Below, piece by piece: positions 39,085-52,861 of a stretch of 64,000 nt of DNA. Origin of the DNA: Balanoglossus misakiensis (lineage: Eukaryota; Animalia; Hemichordata); NCBI GenBank assembly GCA_040954595.2, contig CM082592.2:1054001-1118000 (forward strand), read 5' to 3'. The notes under the pieces were generated by a model. The model ran no database searches, had not been told where the DNA came from, and saw only the letters and a program-made list of their open reading frames with translations. The position numbers and the translations under genes are program-made. Within the stretch, counting starts at the first letter, position 1, and every line of letters begins with the position of its first letter.

Positions 39085-39470
39085 GAACTTCTCATCTTTT
39101 TTGTATTTATCAACATATTGCGCAGCATTCTGACTCTTCTTGCGTTCTCGGAACTTCTCATCTTTTTTGTATTTATCAACATATTGTGCAGCATTCAGAC
39201 TCTTCTTGCGTTCTCGGAACTTCTCATTTTTTTGTATTTATCAACACATTGGGCAGCATTCTGACTCTTCTTGTGTTCTCGGAACTTTTCATTTTTTTTG
39301 TATTTATCAACACATTGTGCAGCATTCTGACTCTTCTTGTGTTCTCGGAACTTCTCATCTTTTTTGTATTTATCAACACATTGTGCTGCGCACTGACTCT
39401 TCTTGTGTTCTCGGAACTTCTCATCATTTTTGTATTTATCAACACATTGTGCTGCACTCCGTCTCTTCTT
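39085..39470. repeat. 63-bp coding tandem repeat, about 6 copies
   Basis: GGAACTTCTCATCTTTTTTGTATTTATCAACA recurs every ~63 bp. Confidence 0.9.
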
Positions 39471-40669
39471 TTGTTCTCTGTATAGTGGGTTATTTTTATA
39501 TTTTGCCACACACTGTTCTGAACAAAGAGTTTTCTGTGCTTCACGAAATATTAAATCACAACTGTATCTTCCAGTCAGTCTACGTTTTTTCTCTTCTCTA
39601 TATAGTACATCTTCGTGGTACCTCTTTCTACTATCCAATTTTATGTTGCTTCTATATTCAGAATTAGTCTGATAACGTTCATATTGTTTAGCTGCTTTAG
39701 ATCTCTTCACAATATTACATACATTTAATTTATTCAATTTAGTTTTTTCACTTCCATACTTTTCACGTCTGAGGTTCTTTTTCAGCCGTTCACTCATGGC
39801 TCTTCCACGTTTCTTACCTCTTACTGGTTCAAGACACTGAAGTTCACCATGCGTTGCAAATACTTCATCTAAATGGAATTCTTTTTTTCAAACCAATATG
39901 TGTTGAGCTCCCATCGTCTGTCACATCCATGCACTCTCCAGTCACAATCTCAACAGGGACAACTTCATTGCAATCAATGTGTGTACAATGACAGGTTTCC
40001 AACTGAGGTGTCTTCACACACTCTACAACTTCATAATGGTTTCTATTGCGATGGTTCAGGTATATACCAACACCTCTATCAACATTGTTTTTATTGATTA
40101 TATTACATGAATGTTTCCACCAACTATCGAAACTGTACACAAAAATATTCACATTGAAGAGATTAGTAGTGGCAAGGATTTCAGTTTCTGTAGCCCATGT
40201 TCCTAGACAATCCATTCTGGACTTTGCAATATAATCATCAACTGATGTATATCCATCTAACCTTACCCATCCTGAATATACTTCCTCATTGGCTTTCAAG
40301 TGATTCACAATGGCCGTTCGAATAACTCCGTGATTTTGCTCAGTCCCACTTATACAATATGACAAGGACCTAAAATAACAGTTCCCATCACCAATTATTG
40401 ACCTGTACTTGCATGGTTCTCCAATCGTAACACTTCCAAGTTTATTGAAAATATCAATATTATTTTTATCTACAATATCAAATTTGCAACACAGCTGTTC
40501 ACATACATCAGAAGTTAGTGGAGAGAATGAATATACACTGTCCCCTGTTCCACTGCCAATATACAGGTCGTCACTTGAATCATTTTCAACACATTGATCT
40601 CCAGTCTCAAATATGTCATTGTTCACTTTTGTTCCTTTATTTGCTTTCAAACTGTCACTTTTTCTGATT

Positions 40670-41030
40670 ATGTCAACATCCGTACTCCTGTTTTTTAAGA
40701 GGACAGACTCCTCTGTTACAACATCCGTATTCCTGTTTTTAGAGAGGACAGACTCCTCTGTTACTATCTCCGTATTCCTGTTTTTTAAGAGGACAGACTC
40801 CTCTGTTACTATCTCTGTATTCCTGTTTTTTAAGAGGACAGACTCCTCTGTTACAACATCCGTATTCCTGTTTTTAGAGAGGACAGACTCCTCTGTTACT
40901 ATCTCCGTATTCCTGTTTTTTAAGAAGACAGACTCCTCTGTTACAATCTCCGTATTCCTGTTTTTTAAGAGGACAGACTCCTCTGTATTAATCTCCGTAC
41001 TCCTGTTTTTCAAGAGGACAGACTCCTCTC
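40670..41030. repeat. 45-bp coding tandem repeat, about 8 copies (EESVLLKNRNTEIVT)
   Basis: Direct reading and ORF translation. Confidence 0.92.
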
Positions 41031-41369
41031 CATCACTCCTGTTCTGAGACAGAACAGGATCTTCTTTCTTCTGACTCCTCTTCTTCCTCCAGTATCTACT
41101 GCGTGGCATCTGGAACAAACCAAATATACTCTCTGATTAGGTTGTTATTATCCATTCAACACCAGACTTCAGATTACCTTCACATCAAATCACATCACTA
41201 GTGATTATAACCAGTAAAAATATTGGAACTTTTACAGACAGAAGTGATTTACAGAAACAATGTCTCAATACAACAGCGACTACACATAATGGACACAAAT
41301 CCGCATACCTGTATACATATAGACACAGTATTCACAGACACACTTTTTTCAGCTGGAAAACACGATTAG

Positions 41370-43325
41370 GCTTCAACCCTGACCCCTGTATGACCTTACA
41401 TTCTGGCATTCCCATGACAATGTGCTCAGGCAAATCTGAGTTAAATTCTCTTTAAAAACCATTTCCACTAATTAGCAATAACAAGTCCCAGTACAATGAC
41501 ATGCATACAGTTATGCATTAATATAGACAGACAGACATACACACACATATACAAAGATCAATATACACAGTATTCGCGGACACAGCATATACCCTCTGAA
41601 GAACCAGATACGACTTCAGACCTGACCCTGTATGACCTGACATTTTGTCATTTACGTTGCAATGTATTCAGCCAAATCTGAATAAAATTTCACTTCAAAA
41701 TCATTTCCACCAGTTAGGAATATCAAGTCCAAGTACAATGATAGGCATACATGTATGAATTTGCACAGATATAAACAAATACACGCACACCCCAACATCC
41801 ACTGTGTACAACCAAATAAGGCTTCAGACCCGACCCTGTATGACCCGACATTTTCCCATTTACGTTGCAATGAACTCAGCCAAATCTGAATAAAATTTTA
41901 ATTCAAAATCATTCCCAACAGTTAGCAATATCAAGTCCAAGTACACTGATAGGCATACATGTATGAATTTGCACAGATATAAACAAATACACAGACACCC
42001 CAACATCCACTGTGTACAACCAAATAAGGCTTCGGACCTGACCCTGTATGACCCGAAATTTTCCCATTTACGTTGCAATGAACTCAGCCAAATCTGAATA
42101 AAATTTTAATTCAAAATCATTCCCAACAGTTAGCAATATCAAGTCCAAGTACACTGATAGGCATACATGTATGAATTTGCACAGATATAAACAAATACAC
42201 GGACACCCCAACATCCACTGTGTACAACCAAATAAGGCTTCAGACCTGACCCTGTATGACCCGACATTTTCCCATTTACGTTGCAATGAACTCAGCCAAA
42301 TCTGAATAAAATTTCAATTCAAAATCATTCCCAACAGTTAGCAATATCAAGTCCAAGTACGATAGGCATACATGTATGAATTTGCACAGATATAAACAAA
42401 TACACGGACACCCCAACATCCACTGTGTACAACCAAATAAGGCTTCGGACCTGACCCTGTATGACCCGAAATTTTCCCATTTACGTTGGATGTACTTAGC
42501 CAAACCTGAATGAAATTTCCTTACAAAACCATTCCCACTAGTTACCAATATAAAGTCCCAGTACAATGACAAGCATGCATGCATGCATACATACCTACAG
42601 ACAGATAGACAGACAGACAAACAGATACACACACACATAGTATTCACAGATACCCTTGAACCCTGGCCTCTGTATAACGTTACATTCTGGCATTTTCGTT
42701 GCAATGTGCTCAGACAAATCTGAGATAAATTTTCTTCAAAAATCATTTCCACTAGTTAGCAAAATAAAGTCCCAGTACTATGACAACCATGCATGCATGC
42801 ATACATACCTACAGACAGATAGACAGACAGACAAACAGATACACACACACATAGTATTCACAGATACCCTTGAACCCTGGCTTCTGTATAACGTTACATT
42901 CTGGCATTTTCGTTGCAATGTGCTCAGACAAATCTGAGATAAATTTTCTTCAAAAATGATTTCCACTAGTTAGCAAAATAAAGTCCCAGTACAATGACAT
43001 ACACACATGCATGCATACAGACCGATAGACAAACAGATACACCTACACAGTATTCACAAACACCCTTCTTACCTTCTGAAAAACCTGATTAGGTTTTAAT
43101 ACTGACCCCTGTATGACCTTACATTCTGGCATATTCATTGCAATGTGCTCAGGCAAAGCTGAGATAAATTTTCTTTAAAAAAATTTACACTAGTTACCAA
43201 TATAAAGTCCCACTTCAATGACAAGCATGCATGCATACATACATACATACATACATACATACATACATACATACATACATACATACATACATACATACAT
43301 ACATGTACATACATGCATACATTAC
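41370..43325. repeat. Minisatellite array: 208-bp units (41620-42490), related ~240-bp units, ending in (TACA)n
   Basis: Repeated ORFs at 208-bp spacing; core TGACCCTGTATGACC; microsatellite at ~43232-43320. Confidence 0.92.
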
Positions 43326-43996
43326 ATACATTGGAATGTTTCTGACTTTATGTATGACATAAAACACTTGAGCACTTCTACTAAATTAGTAACACTCACC
43401 TCGAGACTGACATATATTTAGACAGCAAAAACTGTGAAGAAAATGGACAATGGTTCCATTATGAATATGTAAGTATAACAACAATCTAACAATACAGAAA
43501 AGTATCCTTTTTGACAGAGCAACAAATTCAGATCTCAAACAACCGCGCAAAGTTCTGTACAGGTTAGCAAATTACAACATCACATTGGCACTAAAATATA
43601 CCATATCATAGCAGCTACATTATACACTGCTTCATGATATCGAACTACACACGTACATTTTGTAGCAATTACCCCAACTGTCCAGTATTAGTCTTCAAGA
43701 AATACAACACAAACAAGCAAAGTATGTTCTCCCAACATACATTAAATATTCCATTATAGACTTCCACCTGCCAGATGCCAATTTCTTTCCCAAAATACAC
43801 CTTACCTGAACAATGCTACAGGAATGCATCCACCAATGCGATTCAGCTTTAGCCACAAAAGAAACCTGTACTTTGGTGTACTACAAATTTCTTTATTACC
43901 ATTCATAACATTGAACAGATTTGAAAGATTAGAATTGACCGCGTTCATTACATCCAAGTATTAGACATAATATACACGGCCACAGACCCAGTCAAA

Positions 43997-44442
43997 CAAT
44001 CTGATTAAAATCAGATGTAGTGTTGGGCGCCGTCTTTACCTTTGCTGTTTCTTGGCTATTCTGTTCGAAAGGGACGCCCACACTACATCTGAACCTATGC
44101 CATAGGAGATCTCGTTTAAATCTCACGCTTTCTCAAGCCAATCAGAGCGATTGTTAGAGAAAAAACTGGCGGTGTGGAAAAAACAAACGAACTTGAACAA
44201 TATAAACGAGTTTCCAGCGCGTGGAGTACGCGTGGCCAGTTCCAAATCGTCGGGAAAGCCGCTCTGTGATTGGTCGAATGGATCCATTCGCCAGAAGGTG
44301 ATCTTCTATGGCATAGGTTCAGATGTAGTGTGGCGCGTACACCGAGACAGCAAAGACAGAGAACAGAACAGCCCTGGCAAAGACAGAGAACAGAACAGCC
44401 GAAGACAGCGCCAAAACTCTACATCTGATTTTAATCAGATTG
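43997..44442. mobile_element. AcademH-like MITE with long TIRs and an imperfect 9-bp TSD
   Basis: CAATCTGATTAAAATCAGATGTAG at both ends in inverted orientation; flanks CCAGTCAAA / CCAGTCACC. Confidence 0.8.
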
Positions 44443-44646
44443 CCAGTCACCTACAAAATTAAGCACTTGTATGGAATGATCCATGTGCAGAGAGGGGAAT
44501 TTGGAATGGATGTACTGAACTGCTGATGCTTATATTACTTCTCGAAACAATATCCAACATCTTCTAAAAAACTTGCTATAAATTCTGGCGCTATTGTCTA
44601 TGTCTGAAACAGTCCGTGACCTCTGAACCGATATGGGTACATGGTC

Positions 44647-44659
44647 ACCGCCATCTTGA
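44647..44659 (-). promoter_or_regulatory. YY1-type motif (CAAGATGGCGG) near the likely start of the OTU gene transcript
   Basis: CCGCCATCTTG on the plus strand; candidate non-coding exons at ~43806-43865 and ~43400. Confidence 0.35.
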
Positions 44660-44849
44660 AATAATGAACACACTCGACTATCGCGACGAGTAAAAACAAA
44701 ACCTCTAAAAACCACTCTTGCATAATTAAAATCATACTACCACTGCAAAACTTAGAACAACATAATCGAGACCGTCAAGTTTGAACACATTTAAACCCCC
44801 GACTCAGTGACTTATACCATGTTTAATATTGCATGCATATCATACTCAC

Positions 44850-45285
44850 CAGTTAAGTGTCCACTGCCCTTCCTATGCAGATTCGTTTTCAAATATAATT
44901 TACATGTAATCTGCTCCTTTCCTCTCAAGAGGGCGCCGTCGTGTACGGTACCTATTAAGGATATATCATGCAGCACTCCTTTGCACTTTCTCGATGTGAA
45001 TGATATCAGTCTGTCTGTATGTATGGATGCCATACAGTGGGAGCGTATTCCACCATTGGTCTTACAAGGGATTTATATTACTTTCTCCTTCATGGAGTGG
45101 GAACTAATGTAAAGATTTCTACAAAGAAATCCCAGAGTTTCGTTTACTTAGCCTTGTTACAAATGGAATTAATATATTCATACCAATTAAGCCCAGATGT
45201 CAAGATACAACCAAGATTTTTTTCTGAGATTTTATGTTTTACTATTTTCCCGTCTAAATTGTAATAATAAGTAACTGGTGTGCCT
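44850..45285 (-). pseudogene. CR1-group LINE ORF2 C-terminal fragment
   Basis: EKNLGCILTSGLNWYEYINSICNKA followed, after a shift, by LGFLCRNL-like sequence. Confidence 0.65.
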
Positions 45286-45287
45286 TT

Positions 45288-45905
45288 TAGGCAAATTATA
45301 TTCCACGAAACCCGAAACAACGACACCGCGAAACAGGCTATGTGGAAGCGAGGATTATGCAATAGGTGTGTTGGGAAAGTAAACCAATTATATACTGTAA
45401 CGTTTTATGTCCCTTGCCATTTATAAACATTCATTTGTATTTTAATAGTTGATAATTCTTTTCCTTGAAAAATATTCTAAAATGAAAAGGGTTACATAAA
45501 GAAAAAAGCATATGCCGCCGTTTTGATGATTGGACCCTATTTCAATAATGGTATCGACTAAGTTAACGCATTGCAGAACAACTGCTCCCGCTTATACTTC
45601 CATGTCCAGACGAAGCAATACAGTTTTGGCGGGTTGAAATTTCTCTAAGAAACATCACCAGGTTGAAAATAATTCGGATAACTACAACAAAAACACAATG
45701 AATGAAAACATTACGCAGGGTGTATGGCTACAAATACGTTTCTGAAACTTCTCTGGGATAATTTCTGATTTATAATAAAACGTTACACTTTCAATTTGGT
45801 TTACTTTCCCAACACCCCTATTGCATAGTCCTCGCTTCCAATTACCCCAGTTTACTTTACTGTTTCGCGGTTTCATTGTTTATTTCGTGGAATTTAAGTA
45901 GCCTA
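45288..45905. mobile_element. Inverted-repeat MITE with ~120-bp arms
   Basis: 45290-45410 is the inverse of 45775-45905 (TTCCACGAAA / TTTCGTGGAA; GTGTTGGGAAAGTAAACCAA / TTGGTTTACTTTCCCAACAC); no clear TSD. Confidence 0.7.
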
Positions 45906-48060
45906 CGTTTTCTAGTAACCGAAAGCACTGAACACTTCTCATATATGGTGACCATTTACGATGTTTAAATCGCCTTACGATCTGGTCAAATACTATTGTA
46001 ACTAACGATTTTACAACACTTATTTGAGAATTTTTGCGACTTTAGAAAAAGTTCATACACCTTGTGCATGCACACCGAGACTTATGGCGCGACGTACACC
46101 ATCACCTCCCCCCCCCCCTCCTCCCCACCTCCCCGTTTAGTGGATATTCAGAGACACGATGGCTGCAGGTTCTTTGAATCGCGGAGTAAACTGTTAAAGT
46201 ATGGGCTGTGGTGGGTTGCACGTTGCACCACGTTGGCTTCAGAATTATGCGTCCACTATAATTATGTATTAAAAAAGGGTAGAAAATAAAAAAATCTCTG
46301 AATATGTCATTTTCAAGTCAGGTTGTGTTAAAATACGTACGCACGTATTGATATTGGGGTATGCCCTAGTGCGACCTAGTAGTAGGCCATTGAGACCAAT
46401 GTGTATAGGTACGGTCGGAGTGATTGGACTATCGGATAGGACCAGCACAAGGTGCTTTATTCAACTGTAACACAACTAACTCTGTCAACATCAAACGGGT
46501 GAGTGACACGAATCGAAGTACAGCGTGAGAAAGCGTGGTGAAAGTTACAAAAAACTGATACAATCGATCACGTGACCGGACGGTCGGGAAATACACCGTG
46601 AAATGATTGACATGACATGATTACCAAGAATTCATTCCCGACACGTCGATGCTGCTACATTTGTGCTATGGCATACCAATTTTGTTATGACGATTTCCGT
46701 AACTTTGTGGAATACTACCAACTCGGACGGGTGAACAAAAATCCGTTTTGGCTTCATGTCTAAGAACGGTTAGAATTTTTATGGCCAAAACCCGTGTCCC
46801 ACAACCCGTAGCCGGAATATTTAAAAAGCGTATCCGGAATTGCGGTATATAGAAACAATTCGAGTAAGTAAGCACTCCTCAACAATTAATAAAATTGGGT
46901 GAAAATCAATAACTTGTATAAAAATGCAGAATTTCCATTATACGTTTCAGATGTAATACTTTGCAATATTACTGCTGATATATTTCAATACCGGCCAGTA
47001 CCAAGAAAAGTTTCATTTGATTAGGTAAAATTTCACAGCATTGCAATCGAAAGTGCGCCATAAATGAATGTAACGATACATTACATTGATAAAAGTGAAA
47101 TGGTCACGGTGAACACGTTTAGTACAACGAAGAATTTATTTTCCACAGTATTTTATGCAGAAACAAAATGTCCCCATAACGTACAACATTAACAGGAAGA
47201 ACAGATAACCAATATCTGCGCGACAACGAAAGTTCTTTTCCCGTCCGTTAAGTTAGTGTTGAGTTTCATGATGATTAGGTCATGTCAAGTGACTGATTTC
47301 ATACACATATCAACCTCCAAATAAAAGCAATATATCTATGTAAATGCATCGTGCACTCGCTCGACCACTCTCGAATAGTAGACCGATCTCCAACTCTGGG
47401 CACCCGCATCAACACCATAGCAGGCGAAGGTGTTGTGGATGTAACTCTCTACTCCTTAACTCATTTTTAAATTTAATTTACAACTAAGTCTATGTCACAC
47501 ACAACTTGTATTTACTTTGAAAGATTACACAAATATCTAGGCTTTCACCGTAGATTATTAAAACTTGCTACCGCGCGCTCATCCCCATCCTCGGCCACTA
47601 CGCTACCTGGGCCGCCTACTTTCAAGACATTGCCGGTTACTTTCAATTACAGCAAATTAACACGGCTACAAATATACGAAGGGCCTAGCCGTACAACATT
47701 ATTCTGAAATCGCACAGGAAAAATGGAGATAATTACTATGCAAGGTACCAAAATATACCATACTCTGGAACTTATTTTGGATTTATCGAGTACATCCATG
47801 CACTAAATTTATTCGACTATTCCGTTTGATTGAAAATCGGCAAAAATAAACTTTATACCAGATAGAAAATCAGTACACCCCCGACACACAACTATTTGGA
47901 GTCATCAAAAACGTGATACCCTACATGTAGCGAAATTTGTCGTTTCCTACAACGTTCGCTTCTTCTGAACGACAATATGAATATTCATCATTATTTATGA
48001 ACGAATGAGATTGCTTCAATCAGATTTCACTCTCAGAATCCACTAAATATTCATGACCAG

Positions 48061-48068
48061 TATATAAA
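48061..48068 (+). promoter_or_regulatory. TATA box of the OB-fold gene
   Basis: TATATAAA upstream of a candidate 5' UTR exon ending CTG|GTAAGT at 48221, with an acceptor at 48425. Confidence 0.45.
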
Positions 48069-48443
48069 CTAAACCGCACCCACAAATGTCTGGCTCACTT
48101 GACATGACTTTCTGGAAGAAGCCACTTCAGAAGTTCTCAAAAGGCGATACGGTCTTCACGAGGACTGTTGGTGCGGTGTGTAGGCCTACAGTAGTAGTAT
48201 AAACAGGGACATAGTTCAACTGGTAAGTAAACCGACTTTATAATACAATAATGGTCTGAGGGGGTTGATGTACACTCAAGATTTTTAAAATCGTACAAAA
48301 ATGAATAATTGCTCTGTTACAATTTACATCATGTTTCAAAAATAAGCTCCGATCAAAAATTTCATTGCCATTATTTTCTTCTCAACACACCATCATTAAT
48401 TTACCGTTACTCTATTCCTTTACAGTAAACAGTTCAACCGAAT

Positions 48444-51400
48444 ATGGCAACCAAAAACAAAGATATATCAATCAAATTGAAAATACTAGAAAATCCAGAG
48501 CCAAGGATGTCTGTAGGTGGCCCATTCCACAACATTATGGCACTCGACGACCACGCCACAGTGAGAGAGGTGAAAATCTGGAAAGAGGCCTGCCTGCCCA
48601 AAATGAAAAAGGGCGCATTTATCGAACTGCGGCACTTCGGTACATGCGCCAATGGAGGAATATCCATCAACCGAAACACCAAGGTGAGTTCAAAAAGCCC
48701 ATCAGATCGCCCAACGAGTACACTACGAGTAATCGCTTTAGCAACCCCGCGTTCGCCCCATTCCCTAATCCGTCATACAAACGGACACGGATAGCATTGA
48801 CAATGTTTTGTCGACCTGCGGTGTCGATCCGGACCGGACCAAAAGAGAAATACGTTGATTCAGAAAATGTTACCAAATAACGCTCGCGTGATCATACTCA
48901 AAAGGTTAGGACATAAATTTATTGGGATTGGTAAAAATGAACCGAAACACTCGCTTTGAACATAATTTTACACCTGTTCACTAATCTAACATCAGAAATA
49001 TAACCCAACCCATCATGTTTCCATTACAACGTAGTAAATAAGCGTTACGGTCCTGATTTGTCACGCTGATCAGCACTTTCTTTAACAACGCGCATGTAGC
49101 ATCGGACTATTCTCTAGCTACGACATGTCCGTACTTCTATCCGTGCATCCGTCACCAGCGATTCCTCACGCATTTGTGAAGCAATTTTTGAACAAATTGG
49201 TCTGAATAAATTACATTACGGTCTCCCAATGCACACGCTTGCTTTCACAAAATTATTTCATTTTGCCACTACATTTTACTCACCCAGCAGAGCAATTATA
49301 GCTGTTTTTGGTATAAAAGAATCTGCTCCTGTTAACTTGAATCCTGATATCCACATTCCCCGGGGTGACCATAAAAATATTGTTCAATTAGTGGTGACAG
49401 TGTATGGGGAGGGGCAATTTGGCCACTTTAAGTATAAAAAACCAACACTTTGAAAGTGAAATTGTACTATTCCTATTTTGAAGGGGGGGGGAGTTTGCCA
49501 ATTTCGGTGTAATAATATATTCTCTGAATGCTCTTCCCAGAAATTTCTAAAACAGTATGCAGACTCCTGGGGTAACCTAATAGAAATTAACACAAGGCCA
49601 TAAAAATACATATCCATGTAGACCAGGGGATGGGTGCATGATTCACTATCTCTTAACATGTTTTAATCAATAATCCATTTTATCGGGGGGGGGGGGGTAT
49701 GACGGACTAGTACTGCCCCTAACAAGATGTCACTGGCACAATGACAGTCCCCCTTCCCAGAGTGAAATCATCAAAATATATTCTGGTAAAAGTTGGATAA
49801 TCCCCCTATTCATGCCATGCCATACCACATGCAACACTGATGGAGTACATTGTCATTTTCTTTCACAGATTGCTCACACAGGCACAAAAGCATTTATAGT
49901 GAATGACAAAGCTGAACATGGCTTCTACAACCCAGAGGAAGTTGAACTGGGCGCAGTGCAACATTCTCCACTCAAAAGAAGGATGAGTGTGGTTGCCACA
50001 ATCGACACGGTAGGCAGAAAGAAATGCAGTGTTTAAAGGGAAATTAGCTGTGACTTTTACCATGTATTTTCAATATTTTTGACCTGTGCACTAAATGCAA
50101 CTTCTTTTTCTTTAATTGAAAATTCACTCAAAGACAGTGCTAAAAGTGAACGACCTTATGTCTCTGACACGGCCTTCATCTGATCACATTAACGTTTCCA
50201 CGGTAACAGTCAAGACAACATGAACGGAGAGTGCAAAACTGCCTTTTTGAAACTCAGATCATACTCGTAGACAGATTCACTCTGATTTTGTCAAACAAAA
50301 CATTGATATCTGAATTCCCATTTCCCATTCCCTATTCATGAAGGTGTCTCCAGAGGTGCAGACGGTGAATAAAAGCCGGAAGAGAGATGTAACACTTACT
50401 GATGGTCAACAAAACGTAAAAATGAACCTGTGGGGATCAAAATGTGATCTGGACGTAAAGCCTGGTGCCAGGGTGAAAATTGGACCACTAACAGTGGACA
50501 AGTTCCGTGACCAGACTCAGCTCAACAGCACCATGTCAACTGAAATAGAGGTGAGTTGATAAACACTGCAAATACCACCACACTACCAAAACCTACCTAC
50601 CTGTTCAAGTCACTTGTCCCACACATTCTGTTGGTTTCCAAACCAGCCACTTTGGTACGCTATTTTACTCCTACTCTACAAACTGCCATTGATAGTAATC
50701 GGCATCAAACTCCACTCCACTGATTTCATTTCAAATTATTCATGTCACAAACTTTTCCGACAGGCAAATCTGCACTATATTTAAATAGACTATACCTTCA
50801 TGTTCACAATTACAGTGCTTCACAACAATACTTACTAGTGTACACAACTAATATATTGCATGTTTTTGTTCACACACAGACAATAGAAGAAAAAGCAGAC
50901 ACAAAACAATACACAGGAACCCTGCAAGGCATAGACGAAGAAGAAAAGTAAGCACACAAAACCATTCACAACACAGACTAGCAAGGATAATTTTATCCTA
51001 GCTAAGGAGTCTCACCATGGTCTGTTGCTGATATGTAGACAGAGTGTTGGTCAGACTCCTTAGCTAGGTAAAATTATCCACGCTAATATCTCTGTGCAGA
51101 ATGCACACAATCGTGTAACAAAATGCCATACACCCTACCAAATTTTGCACCCTGAAATTATGCTAGTTACACATTCGGCAAAATACCAAATGTACATTTT
51201 ACTTCAAATATTACTAAACATGTGTCTGGCAACTACCTACTTCACTTAAAAACTTGAACCAGTTTCAAAATATTTTTCAACCAATAACACTGTCAGGTTT
51301 ACGCCAATTTACCAAGCAAGTGCATTTTGGGTAAGAACTGTATTCTGGGTAATCAAGATGACTTCCCCAAATTTCTGCATAAACTCTGGCTACAACATTT

Positions 51401-52196
51401 GTGACAGTCAGAAATTTCAGTATGTGCCAACTGTATATTTAAGTCTTTGATCAGTCCATCACAAAAAAACTTTCTACCAGTGTATGTCACATGTAGCTCT
51501 GTCACATGTTCTACCTTCACAGTATCATTCTACCGGGTATGATTGTCAGATTTAGCTTTGTCACTTTATAAACTTATAGGACTCATGGTGATATACTACA
51601 CAATGATCATATCTACAAAATTGGCAACAACAAAATAATTAAAAAATCTTTCCTCCATTACAGTACACTGATCATAGATGGAGCATACATGCTTTGCGAG
51701 GCTGACACAGCAGTATCCCTAGGCACATATGATGACATCATTGCCCAACTGCCAGTAGAAGTAACCTACACAAAAAGAGGTCATGCCATTACAGAAATAA
51801 GGTAACATTAAATTATGTAACATTTGTGCTTTGTATATGGACTTGCCCCTGATATCATTTTTGGAACATCTTACAACTAAATTTAGTGTCAATGGAGCTG
51901 CATTTATAGCAAATTTTGAATTTCAACACAGCAACACCTGAATCTGCAGACTGAACGATATGCATATACAGATAAGTATCCGGGCTAACAGTACACTAAG
52001 CAATGGCAGATGATCCAGACCAAAGAGTACACAAAACAACACGACACACTTTAACATGTACTCCAATTACCATCTACTCTATAAATACCCATAAAAAATC
52101 TTTACTTTTTTTTACTACAGGCTGAAAACCAAACCTGATGGTGATGGATGTGGTGGTGCAGCAGGTGACACTGGTGATGATGAACAGCTTGACTAA
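48444..52196 (+). CDS. Intact 6-exon gene, 289 aa, predicted OB-fold (RPA/SSB-like) ssDNA-binding protein
   Basis: Exons 48444-48683, 49869-50009, 50344-50550, 50880-50947, 51664-51801, 52121-52196 join in phase (870 nt, GT-AG). RMSVVATID..KRDVTLTDG..VKMNLWG..PGARVKI..LNST..TEIE matches the RPA OB-fold pattern. Confidence 0.85.
49468..49709. mobile_element. Academ-type MITE with GTAC TSD in intron 1
   Basis: GTAC|TATTCC ... GGACTA|GTAC. Confidence 0.5.
50963..51103. mobile_element. 141-bp AcademH-like MITE, same family as 59916-60482
   Basis: CATTC...GAATG ends; GGATAATTTTATCCTAGCTAAGGAGTCT inverted pair; flanks CACACAAAAC / CACACAATC. Confidence 0.7.
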
Positions 52197-52861
52197 AGTT
52201 TATACAACTTGATTTTTGATTTCCTGTACAAGCCTGATTTCAAAAAATACAGAATTAAAGAAATCCATTTGTTATGGTTACCACCAGATCAGAATTTTGT
52301 TTTCTGTCGTTATTATACCCACAACCATTTACAGCCTAAATACCAACAGCATATCAACAGTCTTGTCAGTTGTTGTTCAATAGTGGACCAACATTTATCA
52401 AAATTATGACCTATTAATATTTGCATAACTTATTGTGGCCAAACAATAGCTTACCACTAAAGCCACAGATTTAACACTATTTGAACATGCTGCCTCATGC
52501 ACCACTATGCTGTGCACATGGGTTCCACCACTTGCTCCTCATATTTTGCCAGTGATCTTTGGCACATATTATTTATCTGCATAACTAATTGGAAGCACAA
52601 TGATAAGGACGGGCCCGGATGTTGACGCGCTCAGCTATGGCGACACGTTGACCGGCGGACGTAATTTTTGCTTTTTTCTTGGTGATCCTAAATGCTGGAG
52701 GGCTATTTTCGGCTGATGATGTTTATGAATGCCAGATGCTACTACGGAGACGTTTGACGGGACGTTTATTTTTTGTTCTACTTGTCAAACTCTCAGTTTC
52801 TACTGTGACTTCCGTTTGGTGGCCACTGTGAACGTTATACATGTATTCCGCGACCGCAACA

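Larger units (their letters stand above)
39085..41109 (-). pseudogene. N-terminal part of a Helentron/Helitron2-type protein: 15-aa repeats, OTU cysteine protease, 21-aa basic repeats; frameshifted and 3'-truncated
   Basis: IIGDGNCYFRSLS...WATETEI...NHYEVV (OTU D/C/H residues); an A7-run frameshift at ~39885 joins it to ORF 39195..39797 (KYKxDEKFREHKK repeats); acceptor TTCCAG before ATG 41109; no Rep or helicase remains. Confidence 0.75.

Noticed and set aside
38763-39672. Plus-strand hydrophobic ORFs (240 aa, 175 aa)
   Set aside because: Antisense shadows of the 63-bp coding repeat.
41652-42966. Repeated Cys-rich ORFs (MQRKWEN...) as a gene family
   Set aside because: They are translations of 208/240-bp minisatellites with non-ATG starts; 208 is not a multiple of three.
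38846-44442. Compound transposon capturing the OTU gene between CAATCTGATT ends
   Set aside because: The flank at 44443 matches the flank at 43988 (7 of 9 bases), not the flank before 38846.
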